Assembly (NCBI RefSeq): GCF_022045235.1
Contig: NW_027266266.1
Coordinates: forward strand, 38,688,001-38,752,000
Direction: 5' to 3'
DNA length: 64,000 nt
From: Haliotis cracherodii
Lineage: Eukaryota
Below the pieces are notes generated by a model, which saw only the letters and a program-made list of their open reading frames with translations, was not told where the DNA came from and made no database searches. The first letter of the stretch is position 1; every line of letters starts with the position of its first letter. The translations under genes and the position numbers were made by a program. Positions 12,925 through 24,299 of the stretch are shown piece by piece.

Positions 12925-13075
12925 TGTTGTCAGCACTGTATCCGTGCTCATGGGTTTCACCAAGGTGGAGAACGTCTAAGACCTGCATCACTTTGGGCTT
13001 TCCTCCCATACCAAGCAGACACACTATGATATAAGTAGAATACTATTCAAAGTGGCATAAAACCCAACTCACTCA
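12925..13075 (+). mobile_element. SINE family B, 5'-truncated copy
   Basis: Matches the body and tail of 21863-22146 and 25640-25865 (GTCAGCAC...GGGTTTCACC...GGGCTTTCCTCCCA...AACTCACTCA). Confidence 0.75.
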
Positions 13076-13999
13076 GTCGTTACTTTTGTGCACGGTTCCG
13101 TTTGCTTAACTTGGTTTGTGTTGTGATTACTTCCAGTTTAGATTTGAAGTATGTCCAGAAGAATGTTACTATGTTCAACCAACACATCATGAATATATCA
13201 TGCATTATGTTTTAGGACATTAATTTCCTATGTATTCAGAAGCAAAGAACATATTCGGGTGTATAATCTCTGTCGGAGCAACAAACCATGCAGAATCGTA
13301 CACCGCCACATGAAACGGTTTGAATCATACATTACATACAGTGAACTATTTGAAACAATACTGTGCTCAACTATGCACCATACATGAAATTATGAAGAAA
13401 ACTTAATTACAAATTTCTCATATCAAACCGGTTGTTTTACATGTGTTGTTTATTGAAAAAGGCCATACTTTATAGAAGCCTGGTATTTAATCGTGTTGAA
13501 CACTAAGCTGCAATAGCAGTGTGCAGGGAGAGAGATTCAGTGCGCGTTAGATGCTTGACCTGAATTTCGCGCTGGAACCTTTCTCGTTGGGTGCCTGAAA
13601 AGCATAAGATACATTGCAAAGGTGGTGCGCAATAGAGCTATTCGGGTAAGGCAGACAATCACTCACTCTCAGTGATACAGCTTGAATAAGATACGATGTA
13701 AAGCATTGCAAGGTCAGTGCATGATAAAGCTTTGTACTACGCCTATAGCTAAAGGAGATATTCACTCAATGCGCAATAGATTCTTTTTACAAAATATGAA
13801 CCGGTTAACTTTATATTATAAGATATATTTCCCCTGAATATTTGTTTCGCTTTAAAAACAAAATGAACAAATTGCATGGACAATCTACATTACGAAGCGT
13901 GATAAAATCATAGAAAATCAGGCGACTGGCTAACACATGTCCGGATTAAGTCACGCTTACTAGTGTAAATTTTCATTGATCTCGACAAACCATAAGTTA

Positions 14000-16257
14000 C
14001 TGCATTGAACCATGGTAGTTAATAGGATTTTCAAGATTTGAGAGATGGCTTACCTCATTTTATATTACAAGTTGTAAAAGCAATGCAATTTCAAGTCCGA
14101 GTGGGTTCCACCATGTGTGAACATTATATTCAGGATCAGGGTGTCTCGCAAGGCAGTATTTTGTCTGTCACTATATTTAGTATTGAAATAAATAGTCTGT
14201 CAACGATTTTAAGTGATTCATTAAAGGGGTCACTTTTCGTTGATGATTTTTATATTTCATGTCATGGTAAACATATGCATACAACACAGTGGCAGTTACA
14301 AATATTATCCACAATTGGTCCCTTGAAAATAGGTTTAATTTTCTGCAGAAAAAATAAGTGGCATATGGAACCCGAACTATTTTTGAATGGCACCTCTATC
14401 AAAGTTGTAAAGGAGGTCAAGTTCTTGTGACTTCTTTTTAATAACCATTTACTTTCTTACAGCTCATTTAATACCTTAAAGCTAAATGTCTGAAGGCACT
14501 CGATTTGTTCAAGCTGTTTCTAATTCAAAGTGGGGAAGGGATCGCACAACCCTCTTACACTTGTACAATCACTGAGGCGTTCAAAACTTGATTGTAAGTC
14601 CCCACGTTCCCCAGTATGGTGATCTCCTTTCAGTGGCTAGCAATCTATAGCCCGTTTTTATCATGTTATTGTTATGTATAAATGCGATCCTTTTTTTATG
14701 ATTCCATACTAGTTCTAAAATCTTTTTTTTTCTGTGATAAGTGTTGTAACTGTACTGTGCTTCGTTGGCAGATTTTTATATACGCTTAATTGTATTTAAT
14801 ATATTTAACCCTTGATAGTCACGATATGGCTGAAATATTTCCGATGTGACTTAAAATTTCAACTCACTCACTCACCCACTCAAAACTTGTCTCCATCGTC
14901 TATGGTGGAGCATGTAAAAGTAATTTACAAAAACTTGATACTATCCATCAACAAGACCTGAGACGTTGCCTTCTCCCATTTACAGTCTGTATGTTAAAGC
15001 GGATGGGCCTTCCCTGAAACAACGCGTACGCCGTCTGATATTATCTTTACAATTCATCACTGAATTATATTCTAATCAGTCAGATCCAGCTTTGAATGCG
15101 TATTTAATCCTCTTTACGAAGATATTTACAATACAAAATCAACTTTTATTCCACCACTTGGAAAATGAATGTAATCTGTCATTTCCGCAGCTAAATTTAA
15201 CATTCAAAATATACCTCCCATTTATCTTTTGTCAACACTTCCTTGGCAAATGGTAAGGCCAAGTGTAAACCTGACATTTATTTAACTAGACTTATGAAAT
15301 CAGACACAAGCCCACTAAATTATAAACAAAACTTCTATCAATTACGAAACACATATGACACTTATATATCTATATTTACAAATGGATCCAAGGTTGCTGT
15401 CGCAGCTGCTTGTTCCACCGTCATTGGATTCAGAACAGTATCTTTACGATTATCAGATGACAGTTCCATATTCACAGCAGAAGCAAACGCATTTTCTACA
15501 GCAATAAAGTATATCAACAATAAATCAAAATATAAACAATTCATTATTTTTTTCAGATTCTCTTCCGTGCTTTCAGGCTATTAAAATATGTCATGTAAAC
15601 ATCCACTTTTAATCGAAATTCTTCAATTTTTGTAATGATATTGCTACTGGCCAATATGACATCGTCTTTTGTTGGATACCCAGCCATGTTGTTATCATTG
15701 GTAACACAATGGTCGATGTTGCTGCAAAGGCAGCACTCAAACACTCCACTTCTTATACCATGCAGTGATCATAAACCTTGAAATTAGATGTTACATCCGA
15801 GATCTGATGCAAAAGACGTGGGACACCAAAGTAGGTATTAAGAAATTTCATGAAATACAAAAACAAATATCGGTTATGTCCACCTGAGATTTCAGTCAGG
15901 ATTTGAAGAGGTCATTTTACGACGATGTATATTTCAATGAATATTTGTTGACAGATGAGGATCCTCCGATCTGCATCCCTTGTGATGAGAGAATCACACC
16001 CATTCAGCTTGACTGTGTCGATTTTCCCATCACAAGGGAAATAATTATTTCAAATCATCATCGATGAAGGGTCTTTTTAATAGTATTAGTTCTCCTTCTT
16101 GTTTTATATATAGATCTGTAATCAATCAAGTTGTTTTACTGTCCTCTGTTGACAGGTTTTTGATAGTCCAATTGTATTTATTATGTCTAACATTTTATAG
16201 TCACGATATGGTTGAAATGCTACCGATGTGACTTTAAATATTAGCTCACTCACTCAC
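14000..16257 (+). mobile_element. Nimb/I-like LINE 3' half (RT-RNase H-3'UTR), degenerate, with a nested LINE 3' end at ~14595-14878
   Basis: FQVRVG..QDQGVSQGSILS..LFVDD; RNase H IFTNGSK, SSIFTAEA, FCWIPSHV; (ACTC)n tail at ~16245. Confidence 0.85.
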
Positions 16258-16349
16258 GTACACTGAATAAACTATGTTTCGTCTTTTCTTCTTCTGTAAC
16301 AACATATATATAATCCATGTAACGTAGTTTGTAATTTATACGAAAGGTG

Positions 16350-16510
16350 TGTGAGTGAGTGAGTTTTACGCCGCTTTTAGCAATATTCCAGCAATAACAC
16401 GGCGGGGGACACCACAAATGGGCTTCACACATTGTACCCATGTTGGGAATCGAACCCGGGTCTTCGGCGTGACGAGCGCACGCTTTAACCACTAGGCTAC
16501 CCGACCGCCC
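16350..16510 (-). mobile_element. tRNA-derived SINE family A, full length, with TSD
   Basis: Head GGGCGGTCGGGTAGCCTAGTGGTTAAAGCG..GTCACGCC..GGTTCGATTCCC (A and B boxes) and (ACTC)n tail. 13-bp TSD TATACGAAAGGTG at 16337-16349 and 16511-16523. Confidence 0.9.
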
Positions 16511-16982
16511 TATACGAAAGGTGACTGAAAAACATGCTTGAATATAATTGCGCTTTAGGGGAAAACAGTGATACTTTTGTTTGGGGATGAAATAACTAAA
16601 ATACACACTGACAAATGTATGCTTAAAGTATTTATAAATCAACTTTTGGTCATGTTTGTTAATTTGTACATTTCATTGTTACCGCTATCCTGATGATGAT
16701 GTATGTAATGTATTTGAGAGGTATTGATATAAGCGTTTATGCTTGATTGACAATTGGAATTCTTTTTCTGAACAAAATTATGTGTACACCATGTACATGA
16801 ACATGATATTGGGGACATATAATAAAGCATATATCCTCCGAAAATTTAAATTTGAGTCAATGTTTATGCATGATTGAAAATTATAATCCAAGTGACGAAC
16901 CATTCAAAACAAATTTTGAACATATAAATGGTAAATTTGATATATAGTATCGTCCTCATCATAGTTCATATCAATTTTGTCA

Positions 16983-17270
16983 CGCCTTCGTGGTCAGCCC
17001 TGGGAGCGGAAGGTGCGGGGTTCGATCCCCTGCCGGGTCATACCAAAAGACGTCAAAAGATGGTACTTGTTGTTATCTTACCTGCCTGCATTAAGGGTCT
17101 AAAACAAGGACAAGTCGGCTCGGAGTCAGTGTACTCAGTGTCTGAGTGGGGTATTCATCTTAAACAGCGGCATGGTATCTCACTATAAAATCGGCTGTAG
17201 TCCGGACTAGTACAAGCACGCATGAACACAAACACGCACGACGTCAAACCCCATTTCACCTCACCTCACC
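16983..17270 (+). mobile_element. tRNA-derived SINE family D (second copy at 18404-18691 inside the duplication)
   Basis: B box GGGTTCGATCCCC, body GGGTCATACCAAAAGACG...GGCTCGGAGTCAGT..GTGTCTGAGTGGGG, (CACCT)n tail. Homologous to 34013-34378 on the - strand. Confidence 0.8.
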
Positions 17271-17509
17271 ATATCATTTTTGAACCATAAAACAAGTCTG
17301 TAAAATGAGTAATATTATTTTAATCTACAGAACTTGTTCCTGATTGATCACAGTGGATCTGAGAAGAAGAAACTATTTACACTAAAAAAATAATCCCATC
17401 TTTTGTAATCTACGACATTTAGATTATGCAGTCATGCGTCAGGTGCAGTTGCATATCAGACTGTTAAAGGCAGTATATTCCTCATTTTAATTTTAAACTT
17501 TAAAACCAT

Positions 17510-17850
17510 TGACACTGACTGACTCCTGCTGGGGTCCGTGCAGGAAGCAAAAGGACTGTACGTCCCCATGGTGTCTGACCTGGTCATCTACCTTCAGTTA
17601 CTGGCGATCGATAGCCCATATTCATATTGTGTTGTTAACGAACATTTCATTCTTTAAAATGTTCTCAACAAGTTTTAAATCGAATCCTTGGTGATCTAGC
17701 TATTATACTGATCATCGACGATGGTTTTCGTTCAGTCTAAACATATTTGGTATTTTTGTACAACTTCTCGTCACGACATGGCTGAAATATTGCCGATGTG
17801 ACGTAAAGCATTCACTCACTCACTCACTCACTCACTCACTCACTCACTCA
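17510..17850 (+). mobile_element. 5'-truncated Nimb/I-like LINE 3'UTR with long (ACTC)n tail (second copy 18931-19271)
   Basis: Same 3'UTR as 4905-5211, followed by about 9 ACTC units. Confidence 0.8.
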
Positions 17851-20800
17851 TACTTGTTCAGGTGAACCCTTTACATGCATTTGTATGTTTGTGACAGTTG
17901 CTCACCTTCCCGTGAACATGTGGACTATTGTTGGAATCGTACAATGTACTATGATTTGGGAAGACATTTCTATGATGAGGTTTTAAATGAAAATGTTTCT
18001 GTCGCTGTTATTAGCATGATTATGGCAAGGGATTTCGCTTGAATATACATTCAGGTAATTTATTTGAATGCGATAAGTAGAATGTAAACATGTAAGTTAT
18101 TTATTTTGAAAAACCAATTTACTCCTGTATTACTGATATGTTATTTGTCATCTAGAAGTTTACGAAATATTAAATGCATGGGAGCCGGTGAAAGAAATAA
18201 ATATTTTCATTTAGGAAAGCTGTCAAAAACATAAATACATGAATGGAATGTGAAAGTGATGTATATTGGAATGCGTCAGCTTGCATTTGATCATGTTTCA
18301 AATCAAATCCAAGTGACGAACCATTCAAAACAAATTTTGAACATATAAATGGTAAATTTGATATATAGTATCGTCCTCATCATAGTTCATATCAATTTTG
18401 TCACGCCTTCGTGGTCAGCCCTGGGAGCGGAAGGTGCGGGGTTCGATCCCCTGCCGGGTCATACCAAAAGACGTCAAAAGATGGTACTTGTTGTTATCTT
18501 ACCTGCCTGCATTAAGGGTCTAAAACAAGGACAAGTCGGCTCGGAGTCAGTGTACTCAGTGTCTGAGTGGGGTATTCATCTTAAACAGCGGCATGGTATC
18601 TCACTATAAAATCGGCTGTAGTCCGGACTAGTACAAGCACGCATGAACACAAACACGCACGACGTCAAACCCCATTTCACCTCACCTCACCATATCATTT
18701 TTGAACCATAAAACAAGTCTGTAAAATGAGTAATATTATTTTAATCTACAGAACTTGTTCCTGATTGATCACAGTGGATCTGAGAAGAAGAAACTATTTA
18801 CACTAAAAAAATAATCCCATCTTTTGTAATCTACGACATTTAGATTATGCAGTCATGCGTCAGGTGCAGTTGCATATCAGACTGTTAAAGGCAGTATATT
18901 CCTCATTTTAATTTTAAACTTTAAAACCATTGACACTGACTGACTCCTGCTGGGGTCCGTGCAGGAAGCAAAAGGACTGTACGTCCCCATGGTGTCTGAC
19001 CTGGTCATCTACCTTCAGTTACTGGCGATCGATAGCCCATATTCATATTGTGTTGTTAACGAACATTTCATTCTTTAAAATGTTCTCAACAAGTTTTAAA
19101 TCGAATCCTTGGTGATCTAGCTATTATACTGATCATCGACGATGGTTTTCGTTCAGTCTAAACATATTTGGTATTTTTGTACAACTTCTCGTCACGACAT
19201 GGCTGAAATATTGCCGATGTGACGTAAAGCATTCACTCACTCACTCACTCACTCACTCACTCACTCACTCATACTTGTTCAGGTGAACCCTTTACATGCA
19301 TTTGTATGTTTGTGACAGTCGCTCACCTTCCCGTGAACATGTGGACTATTGTTGGAATCGTACAATGTACTATGATTTGGGAAGACATTTCTATGATGAG
19401 ATTTTAAATGAAAATGTTTCTGTCGCTGTTATTAGCATGATTATGGCAAGGGATTTCGCTTGAATATACATTCAGGTAATTTATTTGAATGCGATAAGTA
19501 GAATGTAAACATGTAAGTTATTTATTTTGAAAAACCAATTTACTCCTGTATTACTGATATGTTATTTGTCATCTAGAAGTTTACGAAATATTAAATGCAT
19601 GGGAGCCGGTGAAAGAAATAAATATTTTCATTTAGGAAAGCTGTCAAAAACATAAATACATGAATGGAATGTGAAAGTGATGTATATTGGAATGCGTCAG
19701 CTTGCATTTGATCATGTTTCAAATCTAATATCTCTCAAGTACATATTCAACAATATGCATTCTCTCCATTAAATCATATGTTGTTGTTTTTACTCTACTA
19801 ATAGGGCTCACCTACCGAAGCATCGGCACTTGTTTCATTTCAGTTTATACACAATCCGATATGATGTTTGTATTACGGGGAAGGTATTATACTGAGGCAA
19901 TTTTGAGACTCGTTGGCATCCGACGACAAACATATTCCAGCTTGGCGTGTCTCAATGTCAACCCCCGCGTTGCACTAGTTGACGAGAGGGTCTCCATCAC
20001 AGCCAACAATCTTCAGCCATTACAGCGAGTGACAGTACAGGCGTACGTGAAAGAAGGAACGGCGGTTTTCGGCTCATGTGGCCATTTTCTAGCAGACGAG
20101 GAAGGACAGATTGATGTCAGCCAACATGCTTCAATTGGTGGAACATACAAAGGTATTTGATTAATCTCCATAGAAATAATATAAAAAGTGAGGATTAACA
20201 ACCTTAATTCTTATTCTACCAAGTTCGTACACAATAAGATCGTATTCGTGTAGCTCTCTGTTGGACCGCATTGTATTCGGCCTCGTTTTCATGTGATTAC
20301 TCTTTACACAACAAAGATGAAGTAGAAGTCGGTCCTCTCACTCTTGAGCAGAAGCTTGCCTAACTTGTACCTCATTACTGGGAAGGTATATATGATAGTG
20401 GAGGTACATTGGTTAGTATTCACATGTAACTCATAAACAGTATAGGTAACGGAGAAATTCCTGTGAAATCAGCAACAAATGATAGAAGGAATCATAATAG
20501 TGATACATTCGATTACCAGAACCAATAAGGAATCAAAGTAAAGATCAAGTATTCTTCCAATAGCCTGAAGTATATATCGAATTGTGCTTTCATGGATAAA
20601 CTTAACATTCCAAAGTCATTTTTCCACACACTGCATTCACTTTGTATAAAAACTAATTCAATAAATGTCAACGTGGTGTCTTACTTTCAAGCGCGTTTAA
20701 TAACAGGTGAAGGTTTTGGTGAATATCAGTGGCCCTCCATTTCATTCGTTCGAAGATGTGAAGAAATCAGGACAGATTTATTGGAAAGGGGTGAGGTAAG

Positions 20801-21639
20801 TTTTGATGTATTATATACTGAAGGCCACAAAGGCTGTTGAGCATGGAAAACATGTACTTGTACTGGAAACCATCCGGAAACCTTTTGCCCAGCACACCCC
20901 TTTAACACTGACCTCACCTTGACAGGTAGTAGGATGGGTCGGATCCTATCAATCGGCTGGTCATGCCAAGCCCTGTGCATGATATTGTGTATGCACGAGT
21001 TTGATGTATCTACATATCTTGTTTGCTCAATGTATTACAACAAATTGTTGATGTAATAAATTGTCCTGTGTCTTATGCAAGAAGGCGGTGGCTTACGGGT
21101 CAATCCGGTGATGTCGCCCTCAAAATAATGTCGTCCCAATTTTTTATCATGAGCCGAACCAGTCTGGCATTTAGTTGGTAGGCACTTGCAGCTGTTCGTG
21201 TGATATTTCCTGGGGTACAACATCCCTGTATCCCTGGTGTCAGCACCCTGGACATCCGGCGCAATTCGTCAGTGTCGTTGTTGACACTCAGTGGTGGGTG
21301 GGGAGCAGGGATGCGAGGTGGAGGTGTATGTACCCAATCAACTTCGATGTTATAAATGGCAGTTCAGTCATGTGCCAACCTCTTGTCACAACTCTGTGGT
21401 GTGCCATCGTTGTGGTGACGGACACGAAAACACTGACTGTGAGAATGATGTCGAGTGAGCTAACTGTGATGACCCACATCCTGCCCTGTGTGCTGACTGG
21501 AATACAAAATATAAAAAGAAATATCACACTGAGATGCCCAAAAAATGTTAAGTGTTCAGATCTCAACTCCTTTCAATATTACAAACTCTGCTGCAGTCAC
21601 TCATTGTAGCAACATCCTCTATTACATGACAGGCTGACC

Positions 21640-22575
21640 TGACGTCATGACCTGTTGCTGTAACTTCAATCAGTATATCCCCAGTCACTCAGCCTCGTTC
21701 TGGATCTCAGGCAGACAGTGAGCCTGAGACAAAATCTCTTATGTCTGTTTCACAACCAGCCATCGTTCATTTTACAAAAAAAAGAAGAAGAAGATTGAAC
21801 AGAAAACAATCAAGTACTGTCTTTGGACCTCTGGATATGGAGGTTAATCTGTCCACACAGGAGTGAGTGAGTGAGTGAGTTGGGTATAACGCCGCTTTTA
21901 ACAGTATTCCAGTTATATCACGGCGTGTCAGCTTAATGTGGGAGGAAAGCCCGAAGTGATGCAGGTCTCAGACGTTTACCACTTCGGTGAAACCCACGAG
22001 CACGGGTATGGTGCTGACAAACCTAGAAACATAATCGGGGCGAACCGGGATTCGAACCCATAATCATAGGTTTCTGGCGTGCCCAAGGGACGCAACTCTG
22101 CACAGCGAATCGCGGCGCCTTAGACGACTGGGCCACCCGTGCCCCCCTGTCCACACAGGACAGGTGAAGAAGTAGCTCTTCCTCACATTCACCTGAAAGA
22201 TCTCCAAGTGAGCCACCATGACTCAATTGTCCAATATAATGCAATTGAATTGCAGAGGACTAAGACATACTTTTACCTAGATGCAAATATTGATTCGGGA
22301 TTGTCAACCATCAGCACTATGTCTTCGAGAAACCTACCTTAAAAGTACAGATATGTTTTCTTTAAGACAGTAAAGTATCATTGTTCTACTCGGCCGGCAG
22401 ATAAAGCAATGGGAGTCTTAATTGTCTTAGTGCGACAGGGCGTCATACATGACTCTGCCCCTCTTAATGCAAATCTTCAAACTGTTGCTGCTCGTCTGAT
22501 TCTGCACATCCCTCTTACACTGTGCTCCTTATATATCCCTACTTCCTCTGATCTTCGACAGTGCGATCTTCAATG
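21640..22575 (+). mobile_element. Nimb/I-like LINE fragment (ORF1 end / endonuclease start) interrupted by a SINE
   Basis: IMQLNCRGLR at ~22235 (APE start motif IQWNCRGL), then CLRETYL, LQTVAARL and LCSLYIP. Left boundary approximate. Confidence 0.7.
21863..22146 (-). mobile_element. tRNA-derived SINE family B, full length, with TSD
   Basis: Head GGGCACGGGTGGCCCAGTCGTCTAAGGCGC...GGGTTCGAATCCC and (ACTC)n tail. 14-bp TSD CTGTCCACACAGGA at 21849-21862 and 22147-22160. Confidence 0.9.
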
Positions 22576-24299
22576 ATTCACAAAATGATAATTGTGCATA
22601 TAGTTTTTCCCACAATGCCGAGGGCGATTGATCACATTGATTTATGCAAATCCAGCAGTCCCCCCGAGCGACAGTAAATAAAGTCGTCGATGAATATATG
22701 TCACATCTCGTTTGCCATAAAATTTTCTACTGATTTTTCTTCAGGATGGATGCTACGAAACTGAAACACACAGATGAAGGTGTTTACTTAAAAGACGCTG
22801 TTTGCTATGACAATGAGGTTATTCCGGTTAGTTTGGTCATCTCAGTATGTACTGCAGTATTCTTTTCATCAACCCGCTGGGGCCAGTATATGTGTGGTGA
22901 AATATATTATTCAGCTTCTCATAGAGGAGAAAACGCTTGTCTCTGGTGGGTTTCCTAAACGTCTACGACCTGCGTCACTTGTGGCTTTTATCTCGTATAA
23001 TGTTCGAAACATAATGTGTCACGCTCAAACTTGTTTCACGGCATGTGCCAAAATAATTCACCAGAGTGAGTGAGTATGTTTAGTTTTACGCCGTTTTTAG
23101 TAATATTCCAGCAACATCACGGGGGGGGGGGCATACTAGACATATTATACCCATGTCGGGAATCGAACCCGGAGCCCTAATTCCCCAGAGCCATCAGGGA
23201 GAATAGTTTCAAATTTCAATAATGTTTGTGCAAATGGTATAAGAAGGGTCATGGGAATGCTTATTATTCAGATTTAGCATTTTTATAAAAAAAAATTGTT
23301 TTTGATTTTCCAGGGAGGTAAATGTATTCATTGTACTTAACGTCAAGGTAATGTGATAATGTATATCTACAGGCATGGAAGAATAATGCCCAAATACTGT
23401 ACCTTCTTGGTGACGATGATGGTACATGGAAAACTGACCATGCTAACATATTCATGAAGACTTGCCCAAAAGAGAAAAGGAAGACCATTGAATTTGTCAC
23501 CTATCCAGGAGCAGGTCACCTCATCGAACCTCCCTATATGCCTGTGTACAGAACGCTGTACCACCCAGTGCTTGGTGAGTAAACAAGCATCACCATGTTC
23601 ATGGCGACACCTAAAGATTTGGTAATAATGAAACCACTCCTTTGCTTTGTTTTTCGAAGTAACAAGATGTTTGAACATTTCTAGGATATCCTTTGAAAAC
23701 TCTTAGCCATATAATTATAACATTGATCATGTGAACCAACTGGCCCAAGATATGTTTATTTTGAATCTTGGTCTTGTTGAAGATGTTGTCCAAAGATCTG
23801 GTGTCTGTATTGTTTACTTTGAACCTGGGTCTATGTAAAGATATTGGTCAAAGATATAAGGTCCAATTGCTCAAGTTGAGTAAACCTTATCGCAAATTAA
23901 ATTGGATTGAAAAGGGATTCGCAGTTCATTCATACAAGCATCCCCATATACACTATAGGTAATATGTTAGAAGTTCAGAGGTGGTTACAGCAACGAAACG
24001 CACTATGGACGGCAAACTGTTTTCCCACTTGATAACGTTTATTTTCCCATGACATTGGTCCAATTCTTGATGTCTCCTGTTATGATATGGCTGGAATAGA
24101 GCAGCGTAAAGTCATATTCACTCACTCACACATGTCCCTCGGTGAAATATCAACCATGTATCCTACAAAATTAGATATATTATACATCAGGAACAAAAAG
24201 GCCTGTTCATTTCTCTCATTGATATAATTTTCAGGCTTCCTCTAGATCTTCTATCATCATCAGTGTAAATTGTGTTCACACCCTCCAGTATGCAACATA

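Larger units (their letters stand above)
16885..19725. repeat. Near-identical head-to-tail tandem duplication, unit 1421 bp (16885-18305 / 18306-19725)
   Basis: Identical ORFs are offset by exactly 1421 nt (16928/18349, 17509/18930). I spotted only two substitutions by eye. AATC microhomology at the junction. Confidence 0.95.

Noticed and set aside
16885-19725. Direct repeats as LTRs of the BEL/Pao element
   Set aside because: The units are adjacent, lack TG..CA ends, contain SINE/LINE pieces and do not flank the retroelement.
20592-20840. ORF-track peptide containing GEGFGEYQW, resembling the GEGPFPG exon
   Set aside because: Alternative frame of the VKVLVNISG exon; it does not replace the missing exon.
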